The notes under the pieces: model-generated
Told to the model about the DNA's origin: nothing
The model's database searches: none
What the model saw: the letters and a program-made list of their open reading frames with translations, nothing else
Program-made: the position numbers and the translations under genes
Virus genome (UHGV): UHGV-0145247
DNA from: a virus
DNA length: 25,993 bases
Direction: 5' to 3' (one strand)
Shown: positions 18,917 to 25,993 of the stretch, one piece after another
Layout: every line of letters begins with the position of its first letter
Numbering within the stretch: position 1 is the stretch's first letter

Positions 18917-19543
18917 TCAGAGCTCGTATTGAACGCCTTTAACCACACCAATAATGACGCAGTTACCATTGATGGCGATGTTAGGATAACGGGGATTTAG
19001 CGGGACAAGAAATTTTTGCGGACCGTCTACAACCAGTTTTTTGACCGTGGCCTCGTTGGTCCCATCTATTCGTGCAACTACAATCTTTCCATGAATGGGC
19101 TCAATGTCTGGATCAACGATGACCGTTGCGCCTTCAGGAATCGTGGGCAGTCCATTAGGATTTGTCATTGAGTCTCCCTTTACTTCAAGGGCAAACGAGT
19201 TATCGCTGATGCGGAGAGACGTTTCCACCCATTTTTCGGCATCATGCAAGACATCTTCAGGCTTTGATTCAGTGAATAATCCTGCTTGCACCCACGATAT
19301 CACGGGAACTTTTCGCATCTTAGTTATTAAGTTTCCCTCAAACTCAGTGCCAAAAAGTATGTAATCAATTGATGTATTGAAGAATTTTGCTAGTTTGGAA
19401 AGAGATTCCCCTCCTGGGACGTTTACATCCTTTTCCCAATACCCAACTGCGACATCACTGACCCCACAAAACTTCCCAAGCTCTTTTTGTGAGGTTCTGG
19501 TGATTCGCCTAAGCGATTTTATTCGTTGTCCGACAGTTTCCAT
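18917..19543 (-). CDS. cI: CI-like repressor (HTH + LexA-like S24 peptidase domain), 208 aa
   Basis: N-terminal HTH (TSQKELGKFCGVSDVAVGYWE), C-terminal S24-like region (EVKGDSMTNP...GKIVVARIDG); no SD before ATG, consistent with leaderless cI. Confidence 0.85.
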   Translation of the reverse strand: METVGQRIKSLRRITRTSQKELGKFCGVSDVAVGYWEKDVNVPGGESLSKLAKFFNTSIDYILFGTEFEGNLITKMRKVPVISWVQAGLFTESKPEDVLHDAEKWVETSLRISDNSFALEVKGDSMTNPNGLPTIPEGATVIVDPDIEPIHGKIVVARIDGTNEATVKKLVVDGPQKFLVPLNPRYPNIAINGNCVIIGVVKGVQYEL

Positions 19544-19643
19544 TTACACACCAGTAGTCAATCAAGCTAAGCAATCTTAGTTTTTATTGACCAAAGATAG
19601 ATTGGTAATTATTATCTAATCAAACTTAGTTAAAGGAGCCATT
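19544..19643. promoter_or_regulatory. Divergent cI/cro promoter-operator region
   Basis: 100-bp AT-rich interval between divergent cI and cro; palindrome CTAAGCAATCTTAG and related ACTTAG half-sites. Confidence 0.55.
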
Positions 19644-19853
19644 ATGACCACCGATGATGTTGAAAAGTACTTTGGAAACGCTGAGAAGGTAGCCGAGTTC
19701 TTTGGCATATCCAGCGAAGCTGTTTATCAGTGGCGGAACAGACCCGGTCGCTTGATCCCAAAAGGGAGGGCTGCTGAAGCCGCGTACCGCACCGATGGGA
19801 AACTTGTTTTCCAACCGGAGCTGTATAGCAAGCTTAAAGAACAAAAAGTTTGA
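19644..19853 (+). CDS. cro: Cro-like HTH regulator (69 aa)
   Basis: Strong RBS AAGGAG; small HTH protein divergent from cI. Confidence 0.7.
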   Translation: MTTDDVEKYFGNAEKVAEFFGISSEAVYQWRNRPGRLIPKGRAAEAAYRTDGKLVFQPELYSKLKEQKV

Positions 19854-19881
19854 TAGGAACCACAGAGATAAGGGGTAAGCC

Positions 19882-20364
19882 GTGGGTAATTCAACAGACA
19901 AAAATAATAGCAATAACGAAGTAACTCTGAAGGTGTTTAAAGACAGCCCGCACGTCTGGGCCGGCGGGCTGGATGGGCGTGACTTGGCATGCTGGTTAAT
20001 GGCAAGAGCGAACGCCATTTTGTTTATGGTTGAAAACCAAGAAAAACGAGACGCTATGTGTGCCGAATTGGTAAGGCTAAATGCACACTCTCTTCTTATT
20101 CAGGCTTACGCAGACCTTGGGCTTTCTCGGCTTGAGTGTAATCCCATTCGCTCTCCAAGCAAGGTGGCAATTCAATTCGATATTCAGTCTGGCCATAGAG
20201 TTCGTACTCATCACTCCAACGAACTGAATCAGGTAGCTCCAATACCTTTTCCGGAATTTTCACATTTGCCAGATCTTTCTGAAGCACAAGGAGAATATCA
20301 GCGAATGAAAGTTGCTGCACTCGGTCAGGGCTCCATCCAGTACGAGAAAAAACAAGATGATTAA
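19882..20364 (+). CDS. Hypothetical protein (160 aa, GTG start); conflicts with antiparallel ORF 20096-20566
   Basis: RBS AAGGGG before GTG; N-terminal 70 aa protein-like; 3' part overlaps minus-strand ORF. Confidence 0.3.
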   Translation: MGNSTDKNNSNNEVTLKVFKDSPHVWAGGLDGRDLACWLMARANAILFMVENQEKRDAMCAELVRLNAHSLLIQAYADLGLSRLECNPIRSPSKVAIQFDIQSGHRVRTHHSNELNQVAPIPFPEFSHLPDLSEAQGEYQRMKVAALGQGSIQYEKKQDD

Positions 20365-20566
20365 GCCCTGTTCTTCCGAAAAGAGGCTCCCACTTTGTTC
20401 CGAAGGCCTCTCTGTGTTCAGCAAGCAAAATATCAAGCCTCAGAAGATGCTCGGCCCGCAACCAGGCTCTGTAAAAAGGCAAGGAATCACCTTCGTTAAA
20501 CCATTGATGGATTTTTGCCATGTTCCAGACATGGAATCGGTAAACGCGAGACAAATCCAACGTCAT
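20096..20566 (-). CDS. Hypothetical protein (156 aa), reverse-oriented within early-right region
   Basis: Strong RBS GAAGGAGG 6 nt upstream of ATG 20566; protein-like composition. Confidence 0.45.
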   Translation of the reverse strand: MTLDLSRVYRFHVWNMAKIHQWFNEGDSLPFYRAWLRAEHLLRLDILLAEHREAFGTKWEPLFGRTGLNHLVFSRTGWSPDRVQQLSFADILLVLQKDLANVKIPEKVLELPDSVRWSDEYELYGQTEYRIELPPCLESEWDYTQAEKAQGLRKPE

Positions 20567-20643
20567 GTCGAACCTCCTTCGGTTCTTACTTGTGGAAAAG
20601 AAAGAATATCCGAAGGAAGGTTCGGCACCAATAGAGGTGTTGA

Positions 20644-21195
20644 ATGATGAATGAACCTGAATGGAAAGTTGATAAGCAGCCGGCATGGCTGGTGGCTGCG
20701 ATCAAAAAAACGATCACTGATTTGGACGGGGGATATGCAGAAGCAGCTGAATGGCTGGGCGTGACTGAAAACGCATTGTTTAACCGCTTACGTGCCGATG
20801 GTGATCAAATTTTCCCTCTCGGCTGGGCAATGGTCCTGCAGCGGGCTGGTGGGTCAAATCATATCGCCAATGCGATAGCGCGCCACTCGAATGGGGTCTT
20901 TCTACCGCTGGCAGATATTGAGGACGTGGACAATGCCGATATTAACCAGCGCCTGATGGAGTCCATTGAATGGATCGGCAGACATTCACAGTATCTGCGC
21001 AAAGCTACAGCTGACGGTGTTATTGACCAGGCCGAACGAGAGCAGATAGAGGAGAACAGTTATCAGGTAATGGCGAAATGGCAGGAGCATTTGACATTGC
21101 TTTTCCGTGTCTTTTGCCAGCCAGAAAAGAGTGACGCCCGCGAGTGTGCAGCTCCGGGCGTCGTGGCGAATAAATCTTTGTGTATGGAGAAATAA
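20644..21195 (+). CDS. CII-like phage regulatory protein with HTH (183 aa)
   Basis: HTH-like AEWLGVTENALFNRL; position after cro; RBS GAGGT. Confidence 0.45.
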   Translation: MMNEPEWKVDKQPAWLVAAIKKTITDLDGGYAEAAEWLGVTENALFNRLRADGDQIFPLGWAMVLQRAGGSNHIANAIARHSNGVFLPLADIEDVDNADINQRLMESIEWIGRHSQYLRKATADGVIDQAEREQIEENSYQVMAKWQEHLTLLFRVFCQPEKSDARECAAPGVVANKSLCMEK

Positions 21196-21367
21196 TCCGC
21201 ATGAGCAATTTAATCGTAAATCTTCAATTACCGCAACTACGGATGTACCCGATCCCGGGCGTTTCGTCGTTTCGGTATGAGCGCATGGTATGCGGTAAAT
21301 GGGTCGAGTGTAACCACAGTCGGGCGCGCGGAGTCGTGGGGGTCTTTAACCGGAGGGCTAAAGCGTT

Positions 21368-21547
21368 ATGCGAGAAGTTAACCGGAAGTTCAAAGACCAC
21401 TATGGCAATCCAGTCAGAGTTATCCGCTGGGAGCCTGAGACACGTCGTGTCATCTACCTGCGGGAAGGCTATTCCCACGAGTGCTTTAGCCCACTCGATC
21501 AGTTTCAACGCAAGTTCAGGGAAGTAGAGGGCAGCCATGAGCAGTAA
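21368..21547 (+). CDS. Small protein (59 aa), possibly DUF4222-like
   Basis: RBS GGAGGG 10 nt upstream of ATG; in-frame stop just upstream; overlaps start of replication gene; below ORF-track cutoff. Confidence 0.4.
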   Translation: MREVNRKFKDHYGNPVRVIRWEPETRRVIYLREGYSHECFSPLDQFQRKFREVEGSHEQ

Positions 21548-22448
21548 ATTACACGGCCTCGTATGGGAAGCATGCGCTTTCAAAGGGCTGATAATCTCAG
21601 AAATAGCGGTCATGGCTCGCCTGGCAGATTTCAGTAATGACGAAGGTGTGTCATGGCCAGCGGTAACCACTATTCAGCGACAGATCGGCGCCAAGAGCGA
21701 GAATACTGTCCGCAGTGCTATCAAAAAGCTTCAGGCTAAAGGCTGGCTGAAGAAGCAGGAACGGCGCGTGGGCGGAAAGAATAATTCGAACGTTTATAAA
21801 CTCAATGTTGACATGCTGGAACGTGCAGCAGCTGAAGCAAAAATTTTCTACGCAACGCCACGTGAACAATCAAAATTTGATGCCTCAGAATTTGAGGGTT
21901 CAAAATTTGATGGGTCAAATTCTGATGCCTCAAATAATGGGTCTGTACCCCCTCAAATATTGCGGGAGGACCCCTCAATGGTTGAAGGCGATCCGTCATT
22001 AGATCCGTCATTAGATCCGTCATCTAAAAAACCTTCTTGTCGGGCTCCTGCGGAACCCGACGATAAGCCGGATCCTGAAGTTGTTATCACCGATAACGCG
22101 ATCGAAGTTCTGGCACACCTGAATCTGGTCAGCGGTTCCCGTTACCAGAAATCTAAGACCTCACTGGAGAACATTCGCGCCCGCCTCCGCGAAGGTCATA
22201 CCGTTAGCGACTTGAAACTGGTAATCGACGTTAAGCATGAGCACTGGCATGGCAACGACGAGCAATACCAGTACATGCGACCCGAGACACTTTTCGGCCC
22301 TAAAAAATTCGAGGGATATCTGCAAAGCGCTATCCGCTGGGATGCTAAAGGCCGCCCGCCAAAGGAGTCGTGGGACAAAACCAGACCGCGGGATGTTAAT
22401 TCAATTAGTCCAGTACAAACCACAATTCCACGGGGGTTCCGGGGATGA
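21537..22448 (+). CDS. Phage replication initiation protein (lambda O-like), 303 aa
   Basis: N-terminal HTH-like region, internal iteron array at DNA level, position after cII-like gene. Confidence 0.7.
   Translation: MSSKLHGLVWEACAFKGLIISEIAVMARLADFSNDEGVSWPAVTTIQRQIGAKSENTVRSAIKKLQAKGWLKKQERRVGGKNNSNVYKLNVDMLERAAAEAKIFYATPREQSKFDASEFEGSKFDGSNSDASNNGSVPPQILREDPSMVEGDPSLDPSLDPSSKKPSCRAPAEPDDKPDPEVVITDNAIEVLAHLNLVSGSRYQKSKTSLENIRARLREGHTVSDLKLVIDVKHEHWHGNDEQYQYMRPETLFGPKKFEGYLQSAIRWDAKGRPPKESWDKTRPRDVNSISPVQTTIPRGFRG
21870..21944 (+). repeat. Five tandem 15-bp iterons (consensus TCAAAATTTGATGSS), putative phage origin
   Basis: Units at 21870, 21885, 21900, 21915, 21930; degenerate copies near 21953 and 21975. 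Confidence 0.6.
21993..22025 (+). repeat. Tandem 12-bp repeat CCGTCATTAGAT (2.75 copies)
   Basis: Direct tandem repeat adjacent to iteron array (encodes DPSLDPSLDPSS). Confidence 0.6.
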
Positions 22449-22903
22449 ACATAGCCAAGTCGATCTTTGAATTTATTGAGAAGAATCCAGGCAAAATGCT
22501 GCGCGATATCACTGCGGCATTTCCTGAAACCAAACCGGTAACAGTGAAGAGCGCTGTTCATCGCCTTTACTACGACGGGGAACTTGCCAGCGTTGAAGTT
22601 ACTGGTGGGTTTATCTACTTCGTAGCGGGAGCCATCGATATTGAAGAGTACCTGCCTGGTGGGCTTTCGGGGGAGATTCTTGCCCTTGAAGCGACAGCCA
22701 AAAAGCTGGAAGAGAAACGCTATTACCGCCGTGCGGCGACGGTATGGCAGCAACTTTGTGACAGCAACTGTACGGCTAAAGCAAGAGAGCGGTACCTGCG
22801 TCTTAAGAATGCTTCTATTCGAAACGCCAAAAACATGAATGATTCCGCCGGGTCATGCTATCTGGCAGGAAATTACTGCGGAGGTGACTTGTGCTCCGAT
22901 TGA
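22445..22903 (+). CDS. Hypothetical protein (152 aa), coupled to replication gene
   Basis: ATGA overlap with O-like stop; Cys-rich C-terminus. Confidence 0.5.
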   Translation: MNIAKSIFEFIEKNPGKMLRDITAAFPETKPVTVKSAVHRLYYDGELASVEVTGGFIYFVAGAIDIEEYLPGGLSGEILALEATAKKLEEKRYYRRAATVWQQLCDSNCTAKARERYLRLKNASIRNAKNMNDSAGSCYLAGNYCGGDLCSD

Positions 22904-23085
22904 AGAAGATTTTGATAAGTCTCCGGCGCCTTGTGCGTTTGCATCACTGGCGTTACTGGTGGCAGCACGACGTTATTTTTCGCAGAAAATACGCACTCCT
23001 CAGAGATGACCTTTTCAGCTTTGATCGCCGTTACTGGTTACTGAGAGCACTTGTTGATGCTGATCAGCGCAGGGGAAAACTATGA
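22891..23085 (+). CDS. Small Arg/Trp-rich ORF (64 aa, GTG start)
   Basis: RBS GGAGG upstream of GTG; stop overlaps ATG of Dam gene (ATGA). Confidence 0.3.
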   Translation: MLRLKKILISLRRLVRLHHWRYWWQHDVIFRRKYALLRDDLFSFDRRYWLLRALVDADQRRGKL

Positions 23086-24035
23086 GTCAGGAAGTACAAG
23101 AAGCTATGACCGCAGAAGAGCAAACTTTGACAAAAACCATCAACCCTTATTGCCTGGCACTTGAGGAACTGCGCCAGCGCAGTGCGCATTATTTGAAAGA
23201 GGTTGGCGATCAATGGCGTACCCCTGATCTGCTGTTCTGGGGCGTTAACGCTATGTTTGGCCCGTTGGTACTGGACCTGTTTGCAGACGACAGCAATACA
23301 AAATGTCCGGCATGGTATACCGCTGAAGATAATGCGCTGACGCAGGACTGGTCTGGTCGTTTGGTAGAACTCGTAGGAGCGGCCTTTGCTAATCCGCCGT
23401 ACAGCCGTTCGCAGTACCATGAAAAACAAGCCATCACTGGCATGACTCATATTATGAACTATACCGCCGAGCAGCGTGAAAAGGGTGGTCGTTACATTTA
23501 CCTCGTGAAGTCAGCAACAAGTGAAACATGGTGGCCGGAATATGCCGATCACATCATGTTTATTCGTGGTCGTATTGGATTCGATCTCCCAACGTGGTTT
23601 GTGCCGGCCGACGAAAAGCAGAAGCCCACCAGCGCATTCTTTGCCGGGGCCATTGCGGTATTTGATAAGACCTGGCGCGGTGAACATTTTAGCTATATCG
23701 ATCGCGTTGAGCTGGAAGCAAAAGGGCGCGCAAGTATGGCGCTGGCTGAGTTTGCTGCAGGAAAATTCCTGTCACCAGTTTCGCCAGTTCAGTCTCCTGA
23801 AGTGATCATCCCTGATGCTGTTGCATCATTGGCTGAGCCTGAATCCCGGATCTGGCCACTGGAAGTTGGACTCGTCTTTGGACAGGTACAAGGCGCAGAG
23901 GATCTGGAGTTCTCCCAGCAGAACAAGCTGAAGGCCCACATTAACCAGTTGTGGCTGGAGCGCGTGCCCACCAGCGAAATCATCACCGTTGCTGGTGGGC
24001 TGGTCGGCAGCATGAGGGGGACCGCTCATGCGTGA
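23082..24035 (+). CDS. Phage-type DNA N6-adenine methyltransferase (Dam family), 317 aa
   Basis: WRTP motif near N-terminus and NPPY catalytic motif (AFANPPYS). Confidence 0.8.
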   Translation: MSQEVQEAMTAEEQTLTKTINPYCLALEELRQRSAHYLKEVGDQWRTPDLLFWGVNAMFGPLVLDLFADDSNTKCPAWYTAEDNALTQDWSGRLVELVGAAFANPPYSRSQYHEKQAITGMTHIMNYTAEQREKGGRYIYLVKSATSETWWPEYADHIMFIRGRIGFDLPTWFVPADEKQKPTSAFFAGAIAVFDKTWRGEHFSYIDRVELEAKGRASMALAEFAAGKFLSPVSPVQSPEVIIPDAVASLAEPESRIWPLEVGLVFGQVQGAEDLEFSQQNKLKAHINQLWLERVPTSEIITVAGGLVGSMRGTAHA

Positions 24036-25993
24036 GATTATTGTCGATAATTTCGCTGGCGGCGGTGGAGCCAGTACAGGTATTGAACTGGCAATAGGGC
24101 GCAGTGTTGATATTGCGATTAACCACGATGTTAACGCCGTTGCTATGCACCGCACTAACCATCCCGACACGCTTCACTATTGCGAAAGTGTGTTTGATGT
24201 ATCCCCATTAGCCGCTACCAGTGGCAAGCCTGTCGGCCTGGCATGGTTCTCGCCTGACTGTCGTCACTTTTCTAAAGCGAAAGGTGCTAAACCAGTAGAG
24301 AAAGCTATTCGAGGGCTGGCATGGATCGTCATTCGTTGGGCGCTGGATGTTGGCCCGCGAGTCATGATGCTGGAAAACGTCGAAGAGTTTAAAACGTGGG
24401 GCCCGTTACTCGCGGCAGAAATGCGCCCGGATCCGGCACGCATCGGTGAAACTTTCAATGCATTTGTCGGGATGCTTACCACCGGTATTCCAGCAGATCA
24501 TCCTGCACTGGTGGAGTGTTGCGAGTTTCTGGAGTTTTCACCGGATAGCGAGCAGGCCAAGCGCTTAATTGCCGGGCTGGGTTATGTCGTCGATTTTCGC
24601 GAGCTGCGCGCCTGCGATTATGGCGCGCCGACCATCCGTAAGCGGTTCTTCATGGTGATGCGCCGGGACGGGAAACCGATAGTCTGGCCGGAAGCCACGC
24701 ACGGGGATCCGAAGTCTGCCGCCGTGCTGGCGGGCCAGCTTGAGCCGTGGCGTACAGCTGCGGAATGCATAGACTGGTCAATCCCAGCGCCGAGCATCTT
24801 CGGTCGCAAAAAGTCACTGGCAGAGAATACGCTAAAACGGATTGCCCGCGGCATTCAGCGCTTTGTTATCGAAAGTGCTTCGCCGTTCATCGTGAAGTGC
24901 AATCACACAACGACACGCGGCAAATACGACTGTTTCCGGGGACAGGCGCTGGATGATCCGCTACAGACGATTACGAAAACCCACGGCTACGCAATTGCGG
25001 TACCTCATCTGACAAAATTCCGAACTGGAGCTACCGGGCAGGAAGTCACCGATCCGTTGCCGACGGTGACGGCCGGTACCGCAAAACGCCCGGGCGGGAA
25101 TGGTCACGCTCTGGGTATTGTTGAAGCAGAGCTGGCGCCGTTCCTGGCTGGCAATGGCGGCAGCGAGTACCAGGCTAAACCACGCCCGCTCGATAAACCC
25201 GCTCACACCATCCTGAAAGAATCGCGCGCCTGTGTCGTCGCTCCGGTTATCGCCCGGCAGTTCGGCGCCAGCATCGGACACCGGGCGGATGAGCCTAGCG
25301 CAACAATCACCGCGGGCGGCGGAGGTAAATCGCAGCTGGTTGTGCCGACGCTCATTCAAATGGGATACGGGGAACGGCCAGGACAGGCACCTCGTGTGCC
25401 AGGACTGGATAAGCCGCTGGGCACCGTTGTGGCTGGTGGCGGGAAACATGCTGTAGTTGGTGCGTTCCTGGCAAAACACTACGGAGGGAATTATCAGGGC
25501 GCTGGCGTGGGGCTGGATGAGCCAGCGCATTCAGTAACGACTGCCGATCACCATGCATTAGTCGCTTCTCATCTGGTTAAGCTGCGCGGAACCTGCCGCG
25601 ATGGCCAGCGAACTGACGAGCCGATGCCGACTATCACTGCCGGTGGCCAGCATGTAGGGGAGGTTAAAACGACCCTGGCGGTCGAGGACTATGACGAAGA
25701 GCGAGCGCAGCAGGTGCTGTCGTTCCTGCAGGAATACTGCGGAGAGGAATGCACCGGGCTGGTGGAAATCGGCGGAGTGACTTACCGCATCGTTGATATC
25801 GGCATGCGCATGCTGCAGCCGCACGAGCTCTACCGGGCGCAGGGCTTTCCGGAGTGGTACATCATTGACCAGGATTACCGCGGCGTGAAGTACGCGAAAG
25901 ATAAGCAGGTCGCGCGCTGTGGCAATGCCGTTCCGCCACCGTTCGCCGAAGCGCTGGTACGCGCCAACTTACCCGAAATGTGCGTGAACAGAG
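24028..25993 (+). CDS. DNA cytosine-5 methyltransferase, 3'-partial (>=655 aa, runs off window)
   Basis: C5-MTase motifs I (NFAGGGG), IV-like (SPDCRHFSKAKG), VI (ENVEEF), VIII (DYGAPTIRKRFF), X (GNAVPPPF); long repeat-rich variable region. Confidence 0.85.
   Translation, partial: MREIIVDNFAGGGGASTGIELAIGRSVDIAINHDVNAVAMHRTNHPDTLHYCESVFDVSPLAATSGKPVGLAWFSPDCRHFSKAKGAKPVEKAIRGLAWIVIRWALDVGPRVMMLENVEEFKTWGPLLAAEMRPDPARIGETFNAFVGMLTTGIPADHPALVECCEFLEFSPDSEQAKRLIAGLGYVVDFRELRACDYGAPTIRKRFFMVMRRDGKPIVWPEATHGDPKSAAVLAGQLEPWRTAAECIDWSIPAPSIFGRKKSLAENTLKRIARGIQRFVIESASPFIVKCNHTTTRGKYDCFRGQALDDPLQTITKTHGYAIAVPHLTKFRTGATGQEVTDPLPTVTAGTAKRPGGNGHALGIVEAELAPFLAGNGGSEYQAKPRPLDKPAHTILKESRACVVAPVIARQFGASIGHRADEPSATITAGGGGKSQLVVPTLIQMGYGERPGQAPRVPGLDKPLGTVVAGGGKHAVVGAFLAKHYGGNYQGAGVGLDEPAHSVTTADHHALVASHLVKLRGTCRDGQRTDEPMPTITAGGQHVGEVKTTLAVEDYDEERAQQVLSFLQEYCGEECTGLVEIGGVTYRIVDIGMRMLQPHELYRAQGFPEWYIIDQDYRGVKYAKDKQVARCGNAVPPPFAEALVRANLPEMCVNR

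Noticed and set aside
21224-21670. 148-aa minus-strand ORF
   Set aside because: Overlaps the RBS-supported 59-aa ORF and the start of the replication gene; no RBS
21870-22025. CRISPR array
   Set aside because: Repeats are 15-bp and 12-bp tandem units without spacers, lying inside a replication gene; no cas genes; typical iterons
22196-22753. 185-aa minus-strand ORF
   Set aside because: Antisense to the O-like replication gene and the coupled downstream gene

Overview
Enterobacterial (E. coli-like) chromosomal segment; positions 1-49 are residual Illumina Nextera adapter/index, not genome. Two integrated elements sit in tandem, separated by a 36-nt copy of the 3' end of the tmRNA gene ssrA (8359-8394). 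(i) 50-8358: integrase-proximal part of a CP4-57-like integrative island with P4-type integrase, AlpA, a WYL-regulator/exported-protein/DUF932 cluster and AT-rich cargo carrying a solitary HNH nuclease-domain gene and a 238-aa orphan gene. (ii) 8395-end: left arm of a lambdoid prophage with int-xis, a translationally coupled early-left operon interrupted by an IS110-family insertion sequence, a CI/Cro switch, an O-like replication gene with internal iterons, and three DNA methyltransferases of different classes. The best candidates for something undescribed are the solitary HNH gene, a 1.1-kb ORF-poor GC-rich block inside the early-left operon, and a reverse-oriented gene between cro and the cII-like gene. 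No CRISPR array and no complete tRNA/rRNA gene was seen. All family assignments are from reading the translations by eye; no database search was run.
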